This document shows, in pieces, positions 26,009-39,661 of a stretch of DNA of 64,000 bases (positions within the stretch are counted from its first letter, which is position 1; every line of letters begins with the position of its first letter). The translations under genes were made by a program, and so were the position numbers. This DNA comes from Octopus sinensis (Eukaryota). The stretch spans positions 46,810,001 to 46,874,000 of the forward strand of contig NC_043008.1 in assembly GCF_006345805.1 (NCBI RefSeq), read 5' to 3'. Below the pieces are notes generated by a model. That model saw only the letters and a list, made by a program, of their open reading frames with translations. It ran no database searches and was not told the origin of the DNA.

Positions 26009-26552
26009 GTGAGTCTTCAGTTGAATATCCTTCTGGTTAAACCACGTAAATGGAAACCGTTATTATTTTTAAGTAATTCTTTTAAAACTTACGTTTCAAA
26101 CAAATACATAAGATGCATGCAGTCATGTGTGCGTGTGTGTGTGTGTGTGTGCCTGTATTTTTATATATGTGTGTTTATGTAGATTTATATGTCTCATTTA
26201 ACGTACAATATATAAAAGTGAGAGCTACTAAGTGTTTCTTGCCATTAGACACCTTCACAGCCGTATTTTGATAACGTGCCTAGTGTCACAAACGATATGC
26301 AGGCTCTGAGCGTATGGCTTGTTCAATTTGAAAAAAATCAGGACGTGGGTATCAATAGAACAAACGATGTGCTCAGAGCCCGGAGGTTGCTTAGGGACAC
26401 AAGCGACGTTAGAAAAATCTGTCTAACCACGTGTCCTAATAGCAAAAGACGTATCTGCATATTGTGTATATTAAAATATATTTATCTCACTGGAGAGAGT
26501 ACTTCTTTGTTGATCTTAACGGAATAATATATATCTAACCCTAACCCTAAAC

Positions 26553-26605
26553 GGCGGTCAATCAGCATGGCCGCAGCTCTGAGCTGAAACTAGAAAGCAA
26601 AAAAG
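26553..26605 (+). mobile_element. Extremely 5'-truncated copy of the LINE 3' tail
   Basis: ggcggtcaatcagcatggccgcagctctgagctgaaactaga matches the LINE tail at 56918-56958. Confidence 0.7.
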
Positions 26606-27099
26606 ATATATGTATACATACATGTATGCATACATATACATTAACCTTTATTCATAACAAAATTAACTTTTGTACTAAATTTCACTTTAATTGTATAACA
26701 GTTTCCTAATGTGCAAATAACGAGATTGCCGTAATCGAATATCGGGAAGATTTCATGTATGCCTTTACAGAAAATTAGCTTCATCCGATTCTATCCTGGT
26801 TCTACAGGAAGTAATGCACAAGTAGCCCTGAGACCTTTATCAACTTCAGTTGTTCAAATTGTGCGTGTTTAACATTTTGTCGTCGCTAGAAAGATTTCCT
26901 GTTCTTCTTTGTAGGTAAATATTGGGTTTCATACATAATAATGTGATTCCAATGAGTTTTGGATAAATGAGACAGCAGGATCTCCAACATCCTTCGAAGT
27001 CACCAGGACCTTTTCAAAGAAGACACTACTGGACAAATTCATGCGGTTAGTTAGTTGAAGAATTTTAAAGCCTGAGAAACAAGCTTTGAAATCAGCTGC

Positions 27100-27900
27100 T
27101 GCCAAAAATGCGAATGGCCAGTAATGATTATTCTTCTGTCAATAAATGAATCGCCATCGCTAAGGTTGATGTTCAACTAGACAGTGGTTCAAATTATTTA
27201 CAGTAGACAGTGAGAGACTTTGGGTAAGCTTAAGCAAAGTGGCTATCTCGAATCAAACGAAAGACCTTTGAAAGTTTGTTGTGAACTGTTAGAAGCTTTT
27301 GAAACCTGTAAATGCACCTTTGATTTCCAAACTAGAGACAAGGTATGACATGCGGAATTATATTTATGACACCGAAACAGAGGCTCAGTCGATGAACTGA
27401 TGTCACATTTTTCCAGGCCCTAATAAGGCAATGATCCATGGATTGACACATAAAGAAATGGTACATGCTTTTTGTGATGATAAAGGCATAATTCCCTTTG
27501 ATATTGTGATCAGTGAGCAGATATTGAGACATTTAAAAGTGTAGCGAAGCCATTCGAATGACAAAACGGAACAGGTATCTGAAAATGATTCACATCCACC
27601 ATGTCAATGTGCGACCGCGCACGCATTTGACTGCCAGTCAAGGTATTGGCATATATGGCTGGCCAGTGGTTTTCGCATCAGCCCTACATCCCTGATCATA
27701 TGCTCGTCAATTTGACATGTTCGATCTCATGAAGAACAGACTTTCGTGACAGAGGTTTGGTGACAAAGATTACGTGAAAGCTTTACTGCAGAAATATGAA
27801 CAACAGCAGAGAATAGAATGCTTTTGAAAATCGCTTCTAGAATTGGCTTCTGTGATGGTGCAAACGGAACGCTTGTGATAGAGACTTTGCTGTATAGAGA
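27100..27900 (+). mobile_element. Degenerate mariner transposase
   Basis: Motifs YDTETEAQSM, PGPNKAM...KEMVHAFCDDKGII, IHHVNVRPRT (from HDNARPHT), HQPYIPD (from HPPYSPD) and DLMKNRLS*QRF. Confidence 0.75.
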
Positions 27901-28781
27901 CTCTTTGTATAGAGGAAGGATTAATCTAGCAGGATGTGAAATTTCAATGTTCTGTGTCACTTAATAAAATGTTAACTCTAGGAAATAAACCTAATTAATG
28001 CTGACGATTTACAACTGTCATTCTGTTAGTTCATATTTCTCCCGTGAAGTGAAATCAAAAGAAGAAAAAAGAAAAACAAAAGGATATTTAAATTCAAATT
28101 AATTAGTGATAAATATAAATTAAATTTTATGTCGTTTTATCAACACCAAAGTCAAATGCAGCACACACATTAAACAGCTCACCGACAATAAATATACGCT
28201 CAATGTTATGAGAACCGCTTAAATTTCACAGTAGTTCTGTCTTATGTGAATAATTTTGCGCTAATTGGACAATATTTCCTAATTAGAGAGTTAAAGTCGA
28301 TTAACGATGTTCGAATCAAAAGTGGAAATTTTATTAATATGTTCTTAAACATAAAGCATTACCAATCACGTGTCTATCGTCGAATAGATTATTTTAAAGA
28401 CTTTTTACGTTATGAAGTTATTGGCCGCGAAGCACTTTTACTTCATATCATTTCCTATAATAATAATAATAAAAGAGAAACGCATCAGAAAATATCCTTC
28501 ACGATTACACAAACAATATAAGCATTGTGTCCTTGGCCAACTCCTAATTTGTAACATTCACCTGTTTGTTGATGGCTAAGGTGTGACTGAAACTGTCATT
28601 AAGCGTAAGAAGAATTATGTACATATATATTTTGAAGACCATTTCGTGGTAGAACCATCAAACCTTAGACACACACGTGCACACACGCGTATATTTTATT
28701 GTACTCAGAATATAATAGTTCCAACGTTACGATTATATAAAGGTGAATGAATTCAAAACTCTAAGGAAACTAGATTGGTTG

Positions 28782-29158
28782 TGCGCAGGTGCAGCTGTAT
28801 GGTCAAAAGTTGACTTCCCATTCGCATGGTTTCAAGTTCACTCCAACTGAGTGTCACCTTAGGTATGTGTCTTCTACTGTAACCTCAGCCTGACCAAAAA
28901 CTTGTGAATGGGTTTGGTGGACAGAAACTGAAAGAAGCCCGGCATATATATATGTGTGTGTGTGTGTGTGGTCGTTTGTTTCCCACTACCACTTGATAAC
29001 ATGTGTTAGTGTGTTTACATCCACGCAACTTAGATATTCGGCAAAAGAGATTGGGCTTAGAAGGAAATAAGCCGGGCTCGTGGAATATTTCTGGTGAAAT
29101 TCCCGAAGGTGGTGCCCCAGCATGGCCGCAGTCTAATGACTGACAAAGTAAAGAAAAA
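28782..29158 (+). mobile_element. SINE family B, full length, with internal (TA)n(TG)n and LINE-like tail
   Basis: Head gcgcagg...tgtatggt, body gtcttctactgtaacctc...gaaactgaaagaagccc, tail ggtgccccagcatggccgcagtctaatgactg. Confidence 0.85.
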
Positions 29159-29684
29159 TCATATTTTACTTATTTTCTAAATTTATTATGTGGTGTCTAT
29201 TTCAGCAAAACAGGCTATTCATAAACTTGAGTTAGATAAAAATAAGCTGTCCCCCAAGCTTCGAACTCCTATTTAAATCAAACAATTATAATGCCTTCTT
29301 CCCGAGCCAAAGATAGTAAAACATTTGTCTTTTTGAATCTCGTTCTATTTCCCAGGGAGAATCCTGTCGAAGCCTTCCTCTGATCTCATATCACGATAGT
29401 AGCAATACCTGTGGTTATCTTTCTTCCTTCTTCTCGTCCTGCTCCTTACAGTCTGACTGTATAAAATATGTATAAAGGAAACAATCTACGAGTTAGAGGT
29501 TCTCCGTCTCCCACTCCCCATCCCCCCAAAAACTTTGAATCAAAAACAATGTCACGTGCATTCAACGAATTTCTAACCGTTTCCGATTAGTCTATCATCG
29601 ACTGCCATATATGGTCTATAGAATTCCTCCTTTGCTCTGAGTACCTTTATGCGCTTATATAAGCGGTCGCACACAATGGCACAC

Positions 29685-30073
29685 ATCTTTTATTCGTTTC
29701 CGTCAGTGAACCACGGCTATTCTGATCAACCGCTTTCAAGGGTCTGCTCGAGCAAATCGCCCGAAACCCTCAATTATTTCAAGCTGCTACTTACTCCATC
29801 GGCTGCTTTGGTAGATCTATACTGATACGAGGATGTAAATAAAAACAACACTAGTTATTAAGCGGTTGGTCTACGACAATGATACACACACATAAAAGCA
29901 TATGCATAAGATGGGCTTCCGTACAGTTTCTGTTTACCATATTCAGTCACAAGGTATTGATCAATCTGAGGCTATAGGAGAAAACGGCAACTGTAGATGT
30001 CAGGCTGCAAAAATGAACCCGAAACTGCGTGGCTGCAAAGCGGTCTTTTTCAGCACAAAGCCAAGCCTGCGCC
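29685..30073 (-). mobile_element. SINE family B, old full-length copy
   Basis: The reverse complement reads ggcgcagg...tatagcctcag...ccttgtgactgaatatggtaaacagaaactgtacggaagccc...gatttgctcga... Confidence 0.7.
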
Positions 30074-33000
30074 TATACATTTATTTCATACAACTCAACC
30101 TTGTAGTTTTTAACTAATCCCTCACTGCTCTTCTTTGTCTTTCTCTCTCTCATGAACCATTAACATGACTCAAGACAATTTCACTCTATTGAACCTGCTG
30201 TATTCAATAATATATTCCGATTCTGTGATTCATTAGACTATTTTATTGTGGATTTATACTCATTTGTCATTCACATGAAAATTCCTAATCTTCTATCTCA
30301 CTTTATATTCATCCGCATGAGATTACTTTATGCCATTGCCTAAAATCACTTATTTTCATTTAATGTATTTGTACGTATTTGTGTGCTGGGTTGACTTCGC
30401 TCTGAGGATGGAATGATTTCATTGATCGATCTTATCAGCACATTTACTTTCTGCCATTGCATTTTACTGATCCCATGAGGTTGAAGCGATGATCAGATAC
30501 GCCATGACAAGACCCGCTGATAAATAATAACAAAAAAAGGTAGAAAGGTTTTACTTTATTTTACAATATCTTCTGACATGAATAGATTGTAACATCAACG
30601 GAAATGTTAAAATCACAAGAATATGAGAATATTCATCTTTTGTTATTAACTTTATTGGCGTCAGATTAAAGAAAATGGGGAATTACAAAGTTACTGCAAT
30701 TTTCTAAAGCATTAGAAGCATTATTGAAGAGATATCCATCTCCGATTACCATTCAGTTATTGAATGGAGATCGTCAGGTTATCACTTCACATTAGCAAAC
30801 GTTTGACTAATTTCAATTACATATGAGAATATTTGCTTCTAATTTGAATAGTTCATGATATCACGATTAAATCTCACCTTGGAATGTATTCACTAACATT
30901 TATACGGTCCTGACATTGTATTAATGGCGGGTTTTAAACAATTATATATGTGGTAATTTCAAAACACGCTTTTGAAACGATTTCTTCCTTACAATGTCTA
31001 AATAAAGGAAAACAGAGATGTATGAGTTTTCCTGAAATATTGCTGCCTAACGTGGGAATCGACTGTTCATCAGATATCTAATACTGTAGCATAAAAACGA
31101 AGCGTGCATTAGCATCAAATGTTAAATATGATTTCCCATCAATTGATTGCTAATCCAAAATTAGCCTCCGCTGTGTAAATCCAAGCATCGATAAAAAGAA
31201 AACCCGCCACATTCTATATTGATTACATCTTAAACTGTGTTAATACACATATAGAATTTATGTAGATTTTCTACTAAACTTTGTTATTAGCGAGTAATTG
31301 ATTTATTATAAGTAAACATATGACAGAGTTCCTTTTCACTTCGCCTGTGAATAATTAATTATTCAGTAAGTTATGTTTTACAAACCAGTGTTGTTCCAGA
31401 TGAATGATTACTAAAGCAAGCCGAAATCTGTCTATTAGTTTCATCCAGTGCATTTCTCCTTATTGAGTTTCCATTAGAGCGTTCGCCTTTGAAGAAACGC
31501 TGAGAGTATAATTTAACAGGATTATTTACTGCTTCACGTTAGTCACAGTTCTTGAGAACACTTACATAACAATAGGCTTGGCAAACCAGAACGTAACCTT
31601 ATAAACGCATACATGCAAGCTTGCATGTAAACAGATGTACAGAGTGACAGAACAATGCATAGATAATCAGGGGTTGACCGAGACACATACACACACACAC
31701 ACAGAGCCAGTCATACACACACATAAATCATTCGTTATTTATATAAAAATATTCTATGAATGTCAATAATAAATATACACGAAGGATTTTTTTGCATGTT
31801 TTATGAAAAAAACTCAATCCATTAACTTCATATAGTTCGTTTATGATAGTGAATATGAAAATAGATTTTGAAGTAAAGAGATTTTTTTTTCCGTGGAAAG
31901 TTTTTTTTACGCTTATTAATTCTCTTGTGGAATTATTTTATGACACATATTACTGTATGTACTATGTATAGAAATGATGGTTCCTTAATTTCTAAGGACA
32001 AAATTGGATACGAAATGATGAGCGCTGCAAAATATCATGCTTCAACTGTCACTCGAATGCTCTGCTTACACTTGCTTGTAAATTCCAGGGCATATCAGAG
32101 GATTAATGTACACCGTTTTGCAGAGATCCTCTCCACAGTGTTATAGCGCACTGCCCTCAATTACTGATATGAAGCTCCGTTAACTGAAAACAACTTTAAC
32201 TGCAACATTTATTATTGCACTGCGGTTTGACTCCTGGGATGAAGTGCTTCAAAGTTGATGATCGGATGACGTACAATATTTCGAAAGTTTCAAGAGATTA
32301 CAGATCCCATGACTATAAAGATGACTGATACATTCAGCCCTTTCTTTTAAATATTTGTTGTTAATATATAATAATCTTATTTGATCGTAAGTTAACAATG
32401 AGAAGAAAAAACAAAGTTTGAATTTACTCGGGAATCTCAGGTTAGTTTTATACAAACAAACATGGAGAAAAGCAAGAAACTGGCTTTTCTAATTCTATTA
32501 GTTTTAGAAGATTTTCAACTGAAAACAGAACGAAAATACCTCACAAGATTATTTTATCAATTATTTACATTCAAAGATGATTCGAGACAATCACAAGCAG
32601 CATGGCACAGTTAGAAATTGTCTCCGAGTTGGAGATGTATCGAAGCCTGTCGATGTGGCTGTTCCTTTCTAAGGAGATACATTTAATTTACTGATTATTT
32701 CACACTCAGTGACTGATCCTGTGGGAAATTTAGCAGATATTTTGGCTCTTTTGAAATCGTAAACCACATTGTCTTTTCACAGGATAATTTCTTGTCTCAC
32801 CTACCATGGACGTCATTAAATTATAGACACATACGTTATTCTTTCCTCGTTTAATAAATGATTGAAAGAAACAAAAACCACTATATATCACCAAACAAAC
32901 AGTTCAGGTAATCAAACTCTCTCTCTCTCTCTTTCTCTCTATCTCACTCTCACGTACACACATATACACATATATACACACACTCACACCCACACATAAG

Positions 33001-33234
33001 TGAACGCACACACATATCCATAGTACATACTTTACGTGAGATGTTTCTGATTGGCTGCAGATCTATTTTTAAAACACAGAGAGTTAATGAACACCGAATA
33101 ATTCAAACTAGATGAAACAGCTCGACCCATACAGGATGGGAAATGATTTTTAGTTTAGAAATTGTCTGTACGTCGCCGACAAAACAGTAGAGAGATTACG
33201 TGTCATTGACAATGTTTCCGTCAGTAGAGATGCT

Positions 33235-33375
33235 TAGGTATAGTAGTGGATAAACGGTAAGAAGCGTTCTTCGCAAAGACATAGTACCGTGACTCCGAGT
33301 TCAGTTCCAATGCGGGGTATCTTGCAGTGCTTTCTAGTATGGCCACGGGATAAAAACAAAGCCCCGCGAGAGGAT
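33235..33375 (+). mobile_element. SINE family B, degenerate 5' half
   Basis: gagttcagttccaatgcggggtatcttgcagtgctttctagtatggccacggg...aaagcccc aligns by eye to the family B head and body, then runs into an expanded microsatellite. Confidence 0.5.
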
Positions 33376-33424
33376 ATACATACATAATAAATACATATAT
33401 ATAATATGTATATCCATATATACA

Positions 33425-33492
<68 letters not shown>

Positions 33493-33581
33493 CATATATA
33501 TATATATACATATATATACATACATATATATATGTATATCCATATATACATACATATATAATATGTATATCCATATATACA

Positions 33582-33621
<40 letters not shown>

Positions 33622-33767
33622 CATATATATATAATACATATATATACATACATATATAATATGTATATCCATATATACATACATATATAATATGTATATC
33701 CATATATACATACATATATAATGTGTATATCCATATATACATACATATATAATGTGTATATCCATAT

Positions 33768-33810
<43 letters not shown>

Positions 33811-33995
33811 ATATACATACGTACGTACATAAACATACATGTACATACATATATATATACATACAAACATATATACATACATATATATATATATATATAT
33901 ACATACATGTACATACATATATATATATATACATACATGCATACATATATATATATAGACATACATACATACATACATACATATACATATATACA
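33376..33995. repeat. Compound (TA)n/(TACA)n array with a 31-bp higher-order unit
   Basis: The unit atgtatatccatatatacatacatatataat is repeated. This array is the source of the spurious 255-aa and 279-aa ORFs. Confidence 0.9.
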
Positions 33996-34117
33996 ACAGG
34001 GCATTATAGTTCGGTGGAAGCATTGTATTGTGTATTGTTTGTGAACTGTCACGTGTCTTGAATAGCACAACAATGCAGAGTGGACAATAATAACTGTTAT
34101 AAATGATTTCCTTATTC

Positions 34118-34166
34118 ATAGCCTAACATAACATTTCGGAATATAAAAATTCCTTCTTCAGACATT
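34118..34166 (-). ncRNA. Degenerate PLE-type hammerhead motif
   Basis: Minus strand reads CTGAAGA-A-ggaat-ttttat-attcc-GAAA-tgttatgtta. The core and 5-bp stem II are intact, while stems I and III are decayed. Confidence 0.5.
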
Positions 34167-34393
34167 GCTAGAAATTAACGGAGTCACTGTTATAATCAGT
34201 TTTCCAATTGTTACTTGGAAAACCAATCATAACTGGGACTCCATTAATTCTGAGCAATATCTAAAGATGGAATTTTTGTAAAGCGAAATATTACATCAGA
34301 TTATGAATAATTAACTTAATTATAACAGTTATTATAGTTCACTCTTTATTGTCGTGGCATTCAAGACACGTTATATATATATATGCATACATA

Positions 34394-35600
34394 CATTGGT
34401 CAAAATAAGTTTAAGACCGACGGTGGCAGTTCTATTCCTTCATTAATACATTTTTAACAAAACTGTATAAACTATTTTACTTTTTATATTTCATGTAGTA
34501 TTTGTTCCTCTTTTGAATGATATAGGTGTTATATATCTTTCTACAATTCGAATAATTTTAATGCGCAATTAATTCAAATGATTAGCAATTGTCAAAATGA
34601 GTTTAAGATCGTACCAAGATTAAGCAAATTTATAAACCAAATGGGTGGTTATACAACAGGTCGTACTGCACTGTTGTGTTTCAGAATCGAGCATTGATAC
34701 ACATCAATTCGCTCTGGGGAAGCGTCGTAGCATCTGCCCATTTACTAGATCAAAGTGTGTCCTTCATGGACATTAGCAAGCAATTAGGCTGCAGTAAAAC
34801 GGCTTGATCGGCAAAACATGGGCGCTACGAGAAAACAAAACAACACTACAGATGAATTGAATGAATTCATAGGCTCTCTGAAGGTAACCTAATGCTAACA
34901 GCAGCGGACATTTCAAGCAATTATCTGATGAAACGGACATCAGCTTTACACCAAAAACTGCCTAAAAGTATTTGGATTGTCCGGCCGGATCGCTTGAAAA
35001 AGAGCCGATAATTTTTCAGAGAACGTGGCGCAAGCGGATCAAGTTTACTAAAACACATATTGAAAGGACTGTCGAAGTCTGGTCAAAAGTTCTTTCGGGT
35101 GACGAATCCCTTTGGATCAGACGGAAAGACATGTTAGACGCCGTCCAACTGAAGAATTCCATTCTAAGTGTGTCGAGAAAACGACGCAAGCGGGAAGTGT
35201 GGGGGTGATGGGGGTAATGGTGTGGACTGCGTTCAGCAGTTTAGGTGTCGGTCCAATTGTTAAAGTTCATGGCAGACTGAGCAGTATAGGCTGTGTGCAA
35301 TTACTAAATGAAAATGTGCTACCATATTGAAATAATCAGATGCCACCGAGATCTATTTTCCAGCAGGACAAATGCCCCGTTCATAGGGCTAGGAAAGTTT
35401 TGCAATATTTTGAGCAATGTATTGCACATAAAAATTATTCAAAATTTAAAAATATTTATAACTTTTATATCATTCGACAGAGAAAGAAGAAATTCTACAT
35501 AAACTGTAAAACGTAAAATATTGTTATACAGTTTTGTTTTAAACAAATTAATGAAGGAATACAACTGTGATTATCGGTATTAAACTTATTTTTGCCAGTA
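34394..35600 (+). mobile_element. Tc1-like DNA transposon, disabled, ~105-bp TIRs
   Basis: The TIR cattggtcaaaataagtttaagaccga...ttcatgtag mirrors 35497-35600, with TA flanks. Motifs WSKVLSGDES, VMVWTAFSSLGVGP and FQQDKCPVHRAR are present. Confidence 0.9.
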
Positions 35601-35674
35601 TATATATATACACACGTGTGTAAATGTATGTAAATATAGATATGTAAGTATGTATATTTGAATATTTGTATGTG

Positions 35675-35810
35675 TCTTTATGTCTTGACAACCGGTTTTC
35701 ATAGGTTTACATCCCTCTAACGTAGTGTCTCGATAAGAGTAACCGCTTGAATAAATTACTAGGCTTGAGGAGTACTGGTGTCGAACAGTCTAATGACTGA
35801 AACTGGTATA
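35675..35810 (+). mobile_element. SINE family B, degenerate 3' half
   Basis: ttgacaaccg...tttacatccc...cagtctaatgactgaaac. Confidence 0.6.
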
Positions 35811-35926
35811 CGATAAACGGAAAGATATACCGGCTAGGATACATATGTTTATAAATATATTTCTTACTCCATGTCACTTTTATAACGTGTCCCAGCATTA
35901 TGGCCCACCCTCTACGTATATATCAG

Positions 35927-35967
<41 letters not shown>

Positions 35968-37044
35968 TATCCAAATATATATATTTGTGTTTCTAATCTT
36001 GTATTTTATACTTAAATAAGAATATATTTGCTCTATTCTTCCATTTTAATTTTTTATAAACGCAAAATCTGGTAACATCTCCCAATGAACGCCAGACCGA
36101 TTTAGCAATCGTCAGCTATAATCGCATGAATCACGTGTTCGAGGCAGACACGCAATATGGAATAGTGTATGGTTTGCAGAAAGATAAAATATTCGACAAT
36201 AAAAATTTGAAAATAGTAAGTGAACGTTAAGGACAGTTAAGCAAAAAAGTGTGTTTCATTAGCTTGGTCTTTCCTGCAGCGAAATACGTTCAGCTGTTTT
36301 ATTAGATCATTGGTTATAAGTACAGCCTATAAAGTACAGCATTGCAGACGGTTATTATTATTTTTTTACGAAATTACAAACAGCTTAGTATCATTTAACT
36401 CAACAACCAGTGTCGCTCTGCGTGGGATGACTGATCGGCAAAGATGCAACGTTTCGTTATTTCTCTTTTGAGTTCAGAGTTCACTAGAAAGGCTTCACCA
36501 TTAATTACTCGTATATAAAATCAATAATACTGTAGCACTTTCGGAAGTTTCAATTCCACAGTTTTGTTCTTCCCAATGTATACAACTGTAAGGCTGTGTC
36601 AGAAAAGTATACGACTTCAGTTTGTGTTGTTGTTTTTTTTTTAACATTATTGGATTTATAATAAAATTGTGAAAATCAGTTTATATATTCATAATAGTAT
36701 TTCACAAATATTTGTAGTTCATACTCCTGATTGATTAATTTAGTGAATATTTATGAAAGTAAGAAAATATATATTATAATTGATATTTAGCATAATTAAT
36801 ATATTTCATATTTGAAAGGAGTGTAAACGTAGTTATCCTTGTTCACTAATTTTCGAATTTGTGTTAATGAATTCGAAGCAATAATCGATTTTGGCTGCTT
36901 GTTGAATCGGCTCAAAAGACGAAATTAACAGTATTTTCATGAAACAACTTACAGCACGAATCTATTTAATGAATGTAAGTTTGATTTCACACAAGTATAT
37001 TGGATATCTTTTTGAAGTGTACACCCATCTATTATTTTCCACAG

Positions 37045-37205
37045 GAGTTTCAACAAATGGCATTGGTGGATCCTATATGGAGTATTTATATTTCTATCAC
37101 GGCAAATCATTAAACAATGGATTAAAGATGCCAGACACCATTCACTCAATATTTCACTACAGCTGAAGAGCTAATTAACATATACACATGTATATAAATA
37201 AAAAG
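37045..37205 (+). other. Candidate terminal exon after a 70-nt intron
   Basis: Intron 36975-37044 reads gtaagt...ctattattttccacag, and an AATAAA lies near 37197. Confidence 0.4.
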
Positions 37206-37739
37206 GGCAAGCACATGTCGCTTAGCCACATACTGAAAAATTAAAAATAACAGTCAAAGACCGCTTCTTTCTATTTTCTACAAATATGACTCCACATATA
37301 ACATACATGTAACTCGCATATGTAAAACAATATGAAAAATAACGAAAACAAAGTCTTCGGTTAGTTACGGACGCATTTCTCGCCCAGAATTATAAACAAA
37401 TCCATCCCCATCTTCAGCGAAACATTCCTTTGATAGATTTACAAATGTTAACTTACATACCTCTTACTTCCCGACCTCGCCCCATCGGAGATAGCATGAC
37501 TCAATTTACACAGGCCAAATCCATATAGACGAATGAATTCGTATTTTCCCTCCAAAATTTTACCACGTGCGTCACAAAAATAGTTCCTCAGGAATACAAC
37601 TATGGATTGTCAGAAGGGAGTGAAAAATTCCATTATTAATAATATAAGGGTAAATAATTATTAATTTCAAAATCAACAATTATTTCCGGGTAGATTTATG
37701 TATACATGTATACATATATGGATAAGACATACATATATG

Positions 37740-38040
37740 TATACAAGATTTCTATACTTATAATCAGGAATCAGCTAATTGCTTCGCTACGCACCGAATT
37801 TAGAAATAGCAGTTAAAATACCTATTCTGCTACCATAGATATCTCTCAGACAGTAACACACTTTTTATGTAGGCAAAGAGAAAAAATAAGAAATCCACAC
37901 GACTTAGTCTGTTACTGTCTGGGAGATATTTATAGTAGCAGAATAGGTAGTTTAACTGCTATTTCTAAATTCAGTTAATGGCGAAGCAATTAGCTGACCC
38001 CTGATTATAATTATGTTTATAATTATAGAATACTTGTATA
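37740..38040. mobile_element. MITE with ~120-bp TIRs
   Basis: tatacaagatttctat...ctcagacagtaaca (37740-37858) is the inverted counterpart of tgttactgtctggg...atacttgtata (37910-38040). There is no coding sequence. Confidence 0.85.
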
Positions 38041-38576
38041 AAGTTACTGTAAAAGAATATTTTAACGTACCGAACTACTTGGTATAATTATTAATTAATT
38101 AATTTTACGCTTTTATTATTATTGTATATATGTATAGATAGATACATACATACATACATGATGAAACATATGTGGTGAGGGAGAAGCAGCACATATCAAG
38201 TAGAGGTCAACCTACCTAGATACGTCCATACATACGTAACACACTGCATAAAAACCCATCTTGAGAAGACTACAGATCGAATCCGTTACTGTGACTGTAA
38301 AATTCTGTAAAGCTTTCCAGAAATTTATCATTTCAATATTTATGAGCGTCTCTACATATGCACCTATAAGCATGAGAATGCATACATAAAGCAAAACATA
38401 CAAATTTTCACACATGCATACATACAAAGAAAAATACCCTGTTGTTGACGTTGAAATTCCAACAAAGGAGCTTTAGATCAAAGTTAGGAACGACTCCTTC
38501 TCTATAGGCAAAACATCTTGAAATAAAATTGAACACTGACATACACATTCACACACACACTCAAACACGCACACAC

Positions 38577-38637
<61 letters not shown>

Positions 38638-38728
38638 GTGTGTGTGTGCGCGTGTGTGGTAGTGTGTGTGTGTGTGTGTGTTAGTGTGTGTGTGTTAGTG
38701 TGTGTGTGTATGTGTGTGTGTGTGTGTA

Positions 38729-39026
38729 GGTGCAATGGTCCAGTGCTTAGGGCAGTGGACTCGCGGTCGTAGGATCGCGGTTTCGATTCCCAGAGCGGGC
38801 GTTGTGAGTGTTTATTGAGCGAACACACCTAAAGCTCCACGAGACTCCAGCAGGGGATGGTGGCGATTCCTGCTGTACTCTTTCACCACAACTTTCTCTC
38901 ACTCTTTCTTCTGTTGGCCTGCTCGCTTAGCCAGCGGGGTGGCGTCAGTTGAAGGCTAAAACAATGCAAAGCGCATTGTAACCAGCGATGTGTAGCAACA
39001 TCTGATAGCCTGGTCGGTCATGGTGA
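38729..39026 (+). mobile_element. tRNA-derived SINE family C, full length
   Basis: A-box-like tggtccagtgcttagg and B-box-like ggtttcgattccc, followed by a non-tRNA body ending tgatagcctggtcggtcatggtga-(TA)n. Confidence 0.8.
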
Positions 39027-39403
39027 TATATATATATATATATATATATACACGCACACAATATATTCATACATATTTTCATGTGTGTATACATGTATAT
39101 GTACATGTGTGTGTATCGCGTGTGTGCGGCTCCCCGTTATAAGTTTCTGCATTGGATGCTCGGCGGCGCGTTCGTCCTTCAGCAACTCACTTTATTTTAT
39201 GCTATTGCAGTTCACTTAGCTTGTCGAAAAACGCGTTTACCTGTAATTCAAACAAGAACAGCTTTTTGGCATTCTGTGTCACACTGAATCTCCCTGAAAA
39301 CTACATTAAAGAGAGCTCAGTCACGTGTACCGTTGATTAAGTCGAACCTTCGTCATCGCAAACGAAGGAGGGAGGGTTTCGGTAAATATATATATATGCA
39401 TCG

Positions 39404-39636
39404 AGGGCGGCGAACTGGAAGAAACGTTACCACACCACCCGAAATGCTTAGCGGTATTTCATCTGCCGTTACGTTCTGAGTTCAAATTTCGCCGAGCTCT
39501 ACTTTACCTTTCATACTTTCGGTGTCGTTTAAATAAGTACCAGTTATGCAATAGTGTCGATGTAATCGACTTAATCCCTTTGCCTGTCCTTGTTTAAACC
39601 CTCTATGTTTAACCCCCTGTGAGCAATAAAGAAATA
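39404..39636 (+). mobile_element. SINE family A
   Basis: Head, body and tail as in other copies. Confidence 0.9.
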
Positions 39637-39661
39637 CATATATATATATATATACACGCAT

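Noticed and set aside
26535-26550. Interstitial telomere repeat (CCCTAA)n
   Set aside because: Only about 2.5 units are present.
30710-31537. CABIT/GAREM-like motifs in candidate exons (LEALLKRYPSPITIQLLNG, DYLLLH, and FRIPKSYFG at 14995)
   Set aside because: The resemblance is from memory over very short stretches, the motif order and phases do not give a coherent model, and it needs an HMM search.
33221-34119. Long ORFs of 255, 279 and 147 aa, and all other YI/VC/HT-rich ORFs in the track
   Set aside because: They are translations of (TA)n, (TG)n and (CA)n microsatellites, which contain few stop codons.
38729-38800. tRNA gene
   Set aside because: A and B boxes are present, but there is no acceptor-stem closure and the sequence continues into a SINE body.
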